A DNA stretch of 63,862 nucleotides, counting the filler. It is 5 parts of 5 records of this genome, joined end to end, with 100 filler letters (N's around TTAATTAATTAA, not from the genome) between each part and the next. Parts side by side here need not be neighbours in the genome. Positions count along the whole stretch, not along the records: positions 1 to 28,836 come from SRR31156797_4220; 4 more parts are not named here. One strand, written 5' to 3'. The notes beneath the pieces are model-generated. The model was not told the origin of the DNA and searched no databases. It saw only the letters and a program-made list of their open reading frames with translations. The translations under genes and the position numbers were made by a program. Below, in pieces: positions 7,378-16,378 of the stretch (position 1 is the stretch's first letter; each line of letters opens with the position of its first letter).

Positions 7378-9765
7378 CTATTTAATAATTACCTTCCTTA
7401 CCAATCGATGTTTTTCAGTTTGAATCAGCAGGTTGTAAATTCCGGCCGGATATTTTTGTACCGAAAATTCAAGCCGCTTTCCACCGGCAGGTATATTTTC
7501 CTGTTTTTGATAAATCATTTGTCCGATATGATTTACGAGGCTGAGGCTAATATCTCTGCCCTCATTGATATTGAGGTCGATATAAAAAGTTTCATCAGCC
7601 GGATTCGGGAAGGCCTCACCCACTTCAAGTGCCTGCTGACTTTCTCCAACAGAAACGGATGTTGATGACATTTCGATTTGCTGACAGAATGAATCCGATA
7701 TTCCCTGTCCGTATATTGTCAGGCAAACCTCATAGTTACCGGCACTAACATATTCATGAACAGGATGCTGCTCACTGGACACATAGCCATCGCCAAATTC
7801 CCAGAACCATCCATCAGGATTTCCACTTGAAACATCGTAAAAATGCATCATCATCGGATTGGTGCTGTCCTGTTCCATGGTAAATGAGGCTTGCATGGGC
7901 TGGCCACCATTTCCGGTAACAACCGTCTGGCAACTCACAAACACACAGGTATCTGCAGGATTTTCGAATGAAATTGTTGTGAGGCAAACCGTGTAAAGGC
8001 CTTCCTCATTATAAATATGTGTCACTCCCGGGCCATCACCAAAGTTACCATCACCAAAATCCCATAAAAATTCACCGGGAACTCCATTCAGGATTTCACC
8101 GTCAAACTGGAACTCAAGATCACCGAGTTGGGTAACCGTGAACTGGTTTGCACAATCAAATGGGTTTTCTCCAACAAAAACAGTTTCGCAATATGTGCTG
8201 AAGCAGCTTGAATCAGGCCATGATATGGTGAGACAAACCTCATATTCGCCTTCAACGTCATAGGTGTAAACCGGGTGTTGTTCGTCGGACGTACTGCCGT
8301 CTCCAAACTCCCAGAAGAAATCCACATCGCCCTGGAAAACTGAGAAATCGATGAATGAAACTTCAAACGGATTATCCGGTGAAGGCATCCAGTAGAAGAA
8401 TGCCTGGCAGTAATTGTTATAATCATACACCCAAACATCATAGGTTGTTGTTGATGTACATCCTGTTTCAGGTACCATAATTGTGAGCGTAACCGGATAG
8501 TTCCCTGGTTCCGCATATTCGTGAACCGGGTTTGGTTCCTCAGCAGTTGTTCCGTCTCCAAAATCCCATTGCCATTCGGCAGGGTTTGGCCACGAAAAAT
8601 CCTGGAATTCAACAACCAGCCCCTCATTCTGGTAATACCAGAAATCAGCATAGCATTCAATGTAATTTACCGAATCGACAAAAATCTCAAAACACCGTGT
8701 ATCCTCACAGGTGAGTTCCTCATTGGTGATGGTGAGACAAACCTCGTAATTGCCGGGGGCATCATAGGTGTAAATCGGATTTGGTTCCTGTGATGTAGCG
8801 CCGTCGCCAAACTCCCATAACCAGGTTTCGGCTGGCGTAAGTGAAAAATCCTCGAACTGTACGGTAAAATCCCCAATTTGATAGTACCAGAAATCAGCAT
8901 AGCATTCGGGGTTGTATTCCTCTACAAAAACAATTTCGGTGTAAGATTCCATACAACTCGAATCTGCCGAAATAATGGTAAGCGTAACTTCGTACTCGCC
9001 TTCCTGTACGTATTGATGCAGAGGGCTTTGTTCGCTTGAGGTATCGCCATCACCAAATTCCCAGAACCACGATCCTGGCTCAAAAAATGAAAAATCTTCA
9101 AATTGAACAGCCAGTGGCTCTTCGATTGAAGGATACCAGAAATACCAGGCATAACAATCGTAATTGAAATCATCAACCCATACATCCCAGGTTATTGTTG
9201 ATTCACAGTTTGTTTCTTCCACAAATATGGTAAGTGTTACCGGGTAAATTCCAGATTCAGCATACTGATGAACCGGATTTTGTTCGTTAGAAGTGGTGCC
9301 ATCACCAAAATCCCACGACCATGAGGTAGGATTTGGCCACGAAAAGTCTACAAATTCAACAGCCATGTCTTCCATTTGGTAGTACCAGAAATCCGCATAG
9401 CAGTCTTCGAACTGTGCTTGCGAACAAATCTGGAAATCGGCCATAAGCTCATAATTGCCTGGCCCGTAAGGCAGGTCTTCCTGAAAAATGTCTCCATTGC
9501 AATCGAAGGTAAAGATTGACACAATACCTTCTGGCAGCATGGGATCAACTTCAAACGAATCGCTGTATACTCCCGCTTCATTTGTAACTACCAAATTAAA
9601 ATAGCCAATTGCGTTGGATGAATCAGTAGCAATAAAAATTAACTGGTCAGGAACAGGTTCGCCGGTGTTTATATCGGTAACAATCCCTGATATTGTTACC
9701 ACCTGTGCAATCGAGTAAAACGAGAGTAAAGATAAGAATGAGAAAAGCATGAAAATTTTTTTCAT
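7378..9765 (-). CDS. Secreted PKD-repeat protein (7 PKD domains) with T9SS C-terminal sorting domain
   Basis: Signal peptide, seven W(D/E)FGDG repeats, C-terminal FPNPA...GIY...KVIIK. Confidence 0.9.
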   Translation of the reverse strand: MKKIFMLFSFLSLLSFYSIAQVVTISGIVTDINTGEPVPDQLIFIATDSSNAIGYFNLVVTNEAGVYSDSFEVDPMLPEGIVSIFTFDCNGDIFQEDLPYGPGNYELMADFQICSQAQFEDCYADFWYYQMEDMAVEFVDFSWPNPTSWSWDFGDGTTSNEQNPVHQYAESGIYPVTLTIFVEETNCESTITWDVWVDDFNYDCYAWYFWYPSIEEPLAVQFEDFSFFEPGSWFWEFGDGDTSSEQSPLHQYVQEGEYEVTLTIISADSSCMESYTEIVFVEEYNPECYADFWYYQIGDFTVQFEDFSLTPAETWLWEFGDGATSQEPNPIYTYDAPGNYEVCLTITNEELTCEDTRCFEIFVDSVNYIECYADFWYYQNEGLVVEFQDFSWPNPAEWQWDFGDGTTAEEPNPVHEYAEPGNYPVTLTIMVPETGCTSTTTYDVWVYDYNNYCQAFFYWMPSPDNPFEVSFIDFSVFQGDVDFFWEFGDGSTSDEQHPVYTYDVEGEYEVCLTISWPDSSCFSTYCETVFVGENPFDCANQFTVTQLGDLEFQFDGEILNGVPGEFLWDFGDGNFGDGPGVTHIYNEEGLYTVCLTTISFENPADTCVFVSCQTVVTGNGGQPMQASFTMEQDSTNPMMMHFYDVSSGNPDGWFWEFGDGYVSSEQHPVHEYVSAGNYEVCLTIYGQGISDSFCQQIEMSSTSVSVGESQQALEVGEAFPNPADETFYIDLNINEGRDISLSLVNHIGQMIYQKQENIPAGGKRLEFSVQKYPAGIYNLLIQTEKHRLVRKVIIK

Positions 9766-9837
9766 AGTGGTGTAAAAGTTAAATGAATAAAAAGTGATTT
9801 AATGACAAAGTTGATAGCGCTAATCAGTTCTTTATGG

Positions 9838-9867
9838 TAAGACCTTCAATTTGCCAAAGGTTGCCTG
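9838..9867 (-). promoter_or_regulatory. ECF sigma promoter motif, copy 2
   Basis: CAGGCAACC-N15-GTCTTA about 70 nt upstream of the PKD gene start. Confidence 0.7.
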
Positions 9868-10299
9868 TATTTTAAAAATTTTGATTTCGCTAAGATGAGT
9901 TGCCTATATGTACGGAAAATGGTCTTTAATATCTAAAAATGCCAAACCAGTTTGGGTGCCGAAGTTGTCCAATTTGGGCGTCTTTACAAAAAATTCTGTC
10001 AACGCTAGCTCGAAATAACATACTGTGGTTTGCGATGATATTGAACGAGTTACAATCACCTTAAAATTATGGGAGATTATAAGGATGGAACAATGAAGTT
10101 CATTTTCCTGGTTATCCACCATTTTTCCACAACACCAATACTCCGTTTATTTCGAATTCAGGATATGAAAGTGACCGGAACTTACGAACCAGTTAATCAA
10201 ATTCTACTTCGGATATTTCAAAACTGAGTGTAGTGGGATAAATGAAATAAACATCAGGAAAAGCAGAAAACAGCCAGTATATCAAATTTGAAAAATGGT

Positions 10300-13200
10300 T
10301 TATTCTGATACTTTAACAAACTTAACAGCCTCGTTAAATCCTGTCTTCACTGAAGATACCTGCAGGAAATAAATGCCTTTTGTAAGTGCAGAAATATCAA
10401 TGACCGTTTGTCCATCGACCTGTTGTTGTTTATCAGCACAAATTTCCCTCCCGGTTAAATCCGTTATTGCAATTCGCAAGTCGCCGGACAGGTCTGTATT
10501 CACAATGATTCTATCGCTGGCCGGATTTGGGAAAACTTCAAGTTTTGGCAATTCCACCCCTGTGAAATCATTTATGGATGTGGGATCTGATTCAAACAAC
10601 TCGAGTTGAACATCAAAAGCTGTCGGATTTATTTCATTTAAGGTTACGGTAACGGGATCAGTGAATAATCCGGTGGATTCCGCATAAAGGGTATATGTGT
10701 CGTAAGTCAGGTTTTCAAATGTGAACGCGCCGTTTTCATCCGAATATTTGTATGAAACAGCCTGGTTGTTGCTGTTGAAAATCAATATTTCGGAATCATA
10801 TGCCGGCACTCGTGCATCTGCATTGCTATGATGGACAACAGCTCCATTTATGGCACCAACGCCGCTTTCCAGATCAGGAACTTCAGCCAGGTGAACATTG
10901 ATATTGTAGTGGCTTGAGTCGGCCAGGAAAAGTGTTGGCGAATGTTGCCACCGTTTTTTATCACCAAAATAGGTGGGGAAAAAATAAGGTGCATTGGAAG
11001 ATCCATCCGTAAGCCTGAATTTTATCAGGTAATGATCTTCGAGCAGGAAGAGGGAATGGAAATAGCCATACTCAATTACAACAGTTGTGTCGATATTAAC
11101 AACATGCTGATCGTCATGATACCTGTACAAATAAACCAGTGCAGTATCTCCGGTAGGTTCTGGATTGTTGATCGGAAAATGGCCGGCATAAACAAAACCT
11201 CCAATATGGAAATAATCAGGTGTTTGCATATCTTCGGTCTTGGTATCCACGCAATCATCACCCCATGGATTAAATTTCGTAACTGTGAGTGATACTTCAT
11301 AATCTCCGGGCTCCTCGTATTGATGAACGGGATTTTGATCCGATGATGTGCTTCCGTCACCAAAATCCCAGAGCCATTGGTCGGGTTGGTTTTCGGACAG
11401 ATCGTGAAAATGATAGAGCAAAGGTTTGTTTACCCCGGAATCAGGATGCATGACAAAATCAGCAACACATGCAGGCACTTCTACATAAACCAGCACTTGT
11501 TTTGTAATGCTGTCGCTACAGAAGTTTAATGAGTCTGTATTGTAAACGGATAAACTTACCGTATAAATTCCTGTGTCAGCATAGCTGTGAACCGGATTTC
11601 GTTCCATCGAAATCATTCCGTCACCAAAATCCCATGCCCATGAATCAATTGGCCCTTGTGACAGATCGCTGAATGCGACTGTTAGCAATTCATCCTGCAA
11701 TACTTCAAATTCAAAATCCGCGGTACAATATCCCGGAGCCTCCACCAGCACATCTTCACAAAACAAACTTATGCAATAGCCGGAAATGTCCATCACTTCA
11801 AGACAAACTTCAAATACACCCTCATCCACATAAACGTGAACCGGGCTGGGCTCATCCGAAGTGTTGCCGTCCCCAAAATCCCAGTTCCATGAGGTAATTT
11901 CGCCAACGGATTCATCCATAAAATTTATAATGAACGGATCAACCGGGTCCTGCACATATGAAAAAGCAGCTTCGCAGTCGGCCTGCATGGGAATGGTCAG
12001 CTGCTTACAGGTTGTGTCCCAGCAAGACCTGAAAAGGTCGTAAATAGTCAGACATACCTCATACTCACCTTCAGCCTGGAATTGATGGACAGGATTTTGG
12101 ATGGTAGCTGAATCGCCATCACCAAAATCCCAATTGTACATTTCAACTCCGGGCGTTGAAAGGTCGGTAAACAGGATGGTGAAGGGATCACCCTCTAATG
12201 TTTCGTATTCAAAATCAGCAATACACTCCGTTGAAAATACCTCAACATCCATACAAAACACATCAAAGCATTCCCCTGAATTGTCAGTAATAGTAAGGCA
12301 TACAGGATATATCCCGGGTTCTTCATAGGTATGTGCAGGATGTTGTTCATCGGAGGTAAAGCCATCACCAAAATCCCACAACCATTCATCAACTTCGCCC
12401 TGGGAAAGATCATTAAAAAAGATTGTGGCCGGTTCAGGAGCTACCGAGTATGTAAAGAAAGCCTGACAATCATTTCCCTGTGAAATCATTACGTCTTTGG
12501 TAATCATACTCAGGCACTCTAAATTATTGTTTGATGTAATCAGGGTAACTGTGTATAGTCCGGGTTCATCATATTCATGAGCCGGATTCTGCTCAGGAGA
12601 AATAAATCCATCACCAAAATCCCAGAACCAGGCGTCTACTGCACCACTCGAAAAATCAGTAAACTCTACGAGGTATGGATTTGCCGGATTTGTATTGAAC
12701 TCAAAATCAGCTTCACAGGTTGAACCATCAACAACCACCACGTACTTATAGGCCTGATCCTGACATAAACCGCTGTTTGACAAAATATTCAGGGTAACCT
12801 GATATGGCCCTTCAATAGCAAAGGTATGTGTGGGATTTTGTTCTCCTGTACTTTCGCCATCGCCAAAAGTCCAAAACCATTCATTAATGTCACCAACAGA
12901 CTGATCCTGGAAATGAAATGTCATGTAATCCAGGCTATCCTGCTCAAAAGAGAAGCTTGCGAAACAATCAGGACTTGTTCCGGTAGCATCAACTGGTTCA
13001 CAAAAAATTGAAGTACATTCACCTGAGGCATCAATCACTGTAAGGCAAACGTCGTAATATCCGGGTTCTGCAAAATCATAAACAGGATTTGGATCAAGGC
13101 TTTGTCCGCCATCACCAAAATCCCATTGCCAGCTTTGGATATCGCCGATTGACTGGTCAAAAAACTGAAACGTTCTGGGCTCGTTAACCACCGGTATGTA

Positions 13201-13863
13201 GTAAAAATCTGCCTGGCATGGCTGCACCAAATCAATCAAAACCGTATCGCAATAGGTGTCGAAACAACCTGAAACCGAATTTGAAATCGACAAACAAACC
13301 GTGTATTCACCGGGAGCATTGTAAACATGCTCTACGCTTGGGAAAATCGAAAAATTCCCATCCCCAAAATCCCATAGCCAGGTTTCGGGGAAACCAGCGG
13401 AGATGTCGGAAAAAAATACGGTTCCCGGGCTTACAGGGTCAATTTCATACATGAAATCAGCCTCACAGCTGTAGGGCTCTGCAACAAAAACCGCTTCACA
13501 AAAAACGTCCTCACACTGATTTACCGAATCACTAATGCTCAGACACACATTGTAGCTGCCGGATTCTTCAAAGGCATGCACCGGGCTTTCATCTGTCGAG
13601 GTAGTTCCGTCACCAAAATCCCAGGCATATTCAAGTTGTCCGTTTGGCACCGACAAATTGATGAACATAACAAGTCCCGGGACAATTTCAACCTGCGAAA
13701 ATTCCGCCTCACAATCGCTGTCGATGGTTTCGATATTATCCTGATCAAAATCGATAACATGATAGATATCGGGCAATGGGGTATTTGCGGCGCTCTCAGT
13801 GTTCACCGTCAGCTGAACAAAGCCCGTCAAAACAAAAGCCATCAACCCTATTTTATTCAACAT
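10300..13863 (-). CDS. Secreted PKD-repeat protein (10 PKD domains) with T9SS C-terminal sorting domain
   Basis: Ten WxFGDG repeats, a prealbumin/carboxypeptidase-regulatory-like segment, C-terminal VFPNPA...GIYFL...KFVK. Confidence 0.9.
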   Translation of the reverse strand: MLNKIGLMAFVLTGFVQLTVNTESAANTPLPDIYHVIDFDQDNIETIDSDCEAEFSQVEIVPGLVMFINLSVPNGQLEYAWDFGDGTTSTDESPVHAFEESGSYNVCLSISDSVNQCEDVFCEAVFVAEPYSCEADFMYEIDPVSPGTVFFSDISAGFPETWLWDFGDGNFSIFPSVEHVYNAPGEYTVCLSISNSVSGCFDTYCDTVLIDLVQPCQADFYYIPVVNEPRTFQFFDQSIGDIQSWQWDFGDGGQSLDPNPVYDFAEPGYYDVCLTVIDASGECTSIFCEPVDATGTSPDCFASFSFEQDSLDYMTFHFQDQSVGDINEWFWTFGDGESTGEQNPTHTFAIEGPYQVTLNILSNSGLCQDQAYKYVVVVDGSTCEADFEFNTNPANPYLVEFTDFSSGAVDAWFWDFGDGFISPEQNPAHEYDEPGLYTVTLITSNNNLECLSMITKDVMISQGNDCQAFFTYSVAPEPATIFFNDLSQGEVDEWLWDFGDGFTSDEQHPAHTYEEPGIYPVCLTITDNSGECFDVFCMDVEVFSTECIADFEYETLEGDPFTILFTDLSTPGVEMYNWDFGDGDSATIQNPVHQFQAEGEYEVCLTIYDLFRSCWDTTCKQLTIPMQADCEAAFSYVQDPVDPFIINFMDESVGEITSWNWDFGDGNTSDEPSPVHVYVDEGVFEVCLEVMDISGYCISLFCEDVLVEAPGYCTADFEFEVLQDELLTVAFSDLSQGPIDSWAWDFGDGMISMERNPVHSYADTGIYTVSLSVYNTDSLNFCSDSITKQVLVYVEVPACVADFVMHPDSGVNKPLLYHFHDLSENQPDQWLWDFGDGSTSSDQNPVHQYEEPGDYEVSLTVTKFNPWGDDCVDTKTEDMQTPDYFHIGGFVYAGHFPINNPEPTGDTALVYLYRYHDDQHVVNIDTTVVIEYGYFHSLFLLEDHYLIKFRLTDGSSNAPYFFPTYFGDKKRWQHSPTLFLADSSHYNINVHLAEVPDLESGVGAINGAVVHHSNADARVPAYDSEILIFNSNNQAVSYKYSDENGAFTFENLTYDTYTLYAESTGLFTDPVTVTLNEINPTAFDVQLELFESDPTSINDFTGVELPKLEVFPNPASDRIIVNTDLSGDLRIAITDLTGREICADKQQQVDGQTVIDISALTKGIYFLQVSSVKTGFNEAVKFVKVSE

Positions 13864-13887
13864 TTTTGTTTGGTTTTATCGTTCAAA

Positions 13888-15513
13888 CTACAAGTTTATA
13901 AAAATACCTCCGCGAACACCAATGCCATAAGGATTCTTAAGCGATTGATCATCCAAATCATAAACGGTGTTCAGATAATAGCGGTAGGAAGGTTCAACAA
14001 GTATCCCAACCCGCCCGGCGATTTGCATTCTTAGCGCAACCGACACCAAAACCTGCACATTTGTAGTAATCCTTGAAGCCGTAAAATTATCCACACTGGT
14101 TATGCGTGTTCCCGCACCTGATTGGTAATCCAGGGTTGGTTCATCACGGTTTAGCAGGAATGAAAAATTGGGCCCGGCTTTGATATGCGCAGAAAAAATG
14201 CCACTTTCCATGGCTTTATAGCCAAACATAACAGGGATTTGCAGGTATGAATAATTGTTGGTGGTTTGTTGGTGCGAATGATGCTGAACAGTATCCCATA
14301 CTTCTACCGTATGGGTGTGATAAATAAGTTCATCCGGATTTTCAGGATCGATATCAAATCCACTGATCCCTTCATAAAAACCGATGCTATCGTACGAATT
14401 GATATTTACGAGATAATCCCCCACGTCATCAAACCGGCTGTATTCCAGGCCGGCCTGGAAAGTATATTTTTCGGTATTGTAACTCACCGATACACCGGTG
14501 AGCCAGCTTTTTTCTCGGGATTCAGAAGCCAGGCGATGATACTCCGTAAGCTCAGGAGCAATGTAGGCTGATATACTGAAGTATGGGACATATCCCCTGT
14601 TCAGGAATGCCGGCGGAGTGGCGAAGCTCCTTGCTGCAGGCCTGTGGGAATAGTTGACAGGTTCTGCTGTAGTGAATGAAATGCCTCCAACCTGTTCAAT
14701 TTTTTGAATGTTGCCAAGGGATTCGCTGATCCCGATGAAAGAATCCAGGCTGGGTTCCACAAACTCCACCTGGCCTAAATTACCAGAAGAGTTTATTTCA
14801 TTGTTTTCCCCAGTTTGCTGATCAGGTGTTTGGGATGTGTTCAGCTCATATGAGCCCATTTCAGCACTGTTTTTCTCTGCATTAATTCCTGCCTCAGGCG
14901 CCAAAATATGATCTGCAGCCACGGTTCCAACCGACCCGGTAACCAATACTGAACCATCAGCATCGGCCCCGGTAGTTCCGGTTTCAGAAATCTCAATGGA
15001 TTTTTTATTTGTATTTTCAAACGCCGGATTATTGTTAACCTGAGTTGCAGTCTCTGAAGTCGTAACCACTTCTTGTGTTGTTTTCTGATTCAGTATCTCC
15101 TGTTGTGAGCCATTTTCCAGCATTGGCAATCCGGAAATCCCTGAATTATTTGATTGCTGCGGATTGTTGGCATCACTGATATCATCAATTATTTCAATTT
15201 TTGTAATTTCCTGAACTTCCAAGTCTGTAATGTGTCCCGTTTCTGACGAAACAGTAGGCACGGTACTATCAGTTAAAATTGTAGAATCTGAACCCGGGGT
15301 ATAAAACCAAAGCCCCAATAAAACAGAAATCACCACAATACCGGCAACTGTGCCCAACCCTATTTTGGAAATATTCCCAAACCTCAGGTGAAGAAGGTCA
15401 TGCCAAAACATCTTACCGGAAATGTTTTTCCATACCTTTCCCGAAGGCTGTTCAGCGTAGTCTTCCAGTCCATCTTTAAAAACTTCATCAATATTATTAA
15501 AATCCAATTTCAT
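13888..15513 (-). CDS. Putative anti-sigma protein with C-terminal outer-membrane beta-barrel domain
   Basis: N-terminal PSGKVWKNI segment, one TM helix, long low-complexity linker, amphipathic strands incl. YSYLQIPV; coupled to the sigma gene. Confidence 0.7.
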   Translation of the reverse strand: MKLDFNNIDEVFKDGLEDYAEQPSGKVWKNISGKMFWHDLLHLRFGNISKIGLGTVAGIVVISVLLGLWFYTPGSDSTILTDSTVPTVSSETGHITDLEVQEITKIEIIDDISDANNPQQSNNSGISGLPMLENGSQQEILNQKTTQEVVTTSETATQVNNNPAFENTNKKSIEISETGTTGADADGSVLVTGSVGTVAADHILAPEAGINAEKNSAEMGSYELNTSQTPDQQTGENNEINSSGNLGQVEFVEPSLDSFIGISESLGNIQKIEQVGGISFTTAEPVNYSHRPAARSFATPPAFLNRGYVPYFSISAYIAPELTEYHRLASESREKSWLTGVSVSYNTEKYTFQAGLEYSRFDDVGDYLVNINSYDSIGFYEGISGFDIDPENPDELIYHTHTVEVWDTVQHHSHQQTTNNYSYLQIPVMFGYKAMESGIFSAHIKAGPNFSFLLNRDEPTLDYQSGAGTRITSVDNFTASRITTNVQVLVSVALRMQIAGRVGILVEPSYRYYLNTVYDLDDQSLKNPYGIGVRGGIFINL

Positions 15514-16085
15514 TATGTAATTGCGATTTTTTCGGTCCCGGTCAAACGGGTAATTTTCGAAATAAGCAAACGTCGCGCTTTTGAAAGCTGAGACTTTGAG
15601 GTATTTACTGATACTCCCAACTCCTCGGCAATATCTTTATGTGAATACTGCTCAAAAACATACAGGTTAAAAACCATGCGATAACCCTCAGGCAGGCTCT
15701 GGATCAATTCCATTAGCTTTTCCTTGGGTAGGTTTGCGTTTTCCAGATCATGCTCAGGTTCATCCTCACCAGCAATGGTTTCATCCACCTCATCCATATC
15801 TGTATGAAACTGATGCTTTTGATTCTTTTTAAAATAAGTGATTGCGGTGTTTATCATAATTCGTTTCATCCATCCCTCAAATGATCCTTCTCCTCTGAAC
15901 CCGCCGGCTTTTGTAAATATCTTAATAAACCCTTCCTGCACCATGTCCTCGGCTTCTGCTTTATTATGGGCATACCTCATGCAAATACCCAACATAAGGG
16001 GCGCATACTTTTTAAAAAGCATGTTTTGCGCATGCCGTTTCCCTTTTAAAACGCCCTCAAATATTTTGGTATCCACTTCCGACAT
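15513..16085 (-). CDS. RNA polymerase ECF sigma-70 factor
   Basis: Region 2 AEDMVQEGF/SFEGWMKRI, region 4 LPEGYRMVF...HKDIAEELGVSVNTSKSQLSKAR. Confidence 0.95.
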   Translation of the reverse strand: MSEVDTKIFEGVLKGKRHAQNMLFKKYAPLMLGICMRYAHNKAEAEDMVQEGFIKIFTKAGGFRGEGSFEGWMKRIMINTAITYFKKNQKHQFHTDMDEVDETIAGEDEPEHDLENANLPKEKLMELIQSLPEGYRMVFNLYVFEQYSHKDIAEELGVSVNTSKSQLSKARRLLISKITRLTGTEKIAIT

Positions 16086-16099
16086 TTTTCCACTATAAT

Positions 16100-16130
16100 T
16101 ATGACTTCAACAGCCTTTAAAGGTTGCCTG
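16100..16130 (-). promoter_or_regulatory. ECF sigma promoter motif, copy 3 (probable autoregulatory promoter)
   Basis: CAGGCAACC-N16-GTCATA immediately upstream of the sigma gene. Confidence 0.7.
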
Positions 16131-16378
16131 AAAATAGATTATCGAAGTATTTTTTATTCAATTTTATTCTAAAATATTAGAAAATTGCGATCCTTTTCCG
16201 CCTTGAAAACAGGGCCCAAAAGATGAACAAAAACTGGATTATTAACAATATTTAACGGGGCGGCCTGTCCGGTAGATTTCAAACCAGCCCCCAAAAAATC
16301 AATATTGAAACTTATAAATCCCAATTCCACTGAAACAACTATTTTTGTCACTTAATAGCAACAAAACAGCATTTTACT

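Noticed and set aside
10112-10131. Two DnaA-box-like 9-mers (TTATCCACC, TTTTCCACA)
   Set aside because: Only two boxes, one imperfect, and no oriC-type context
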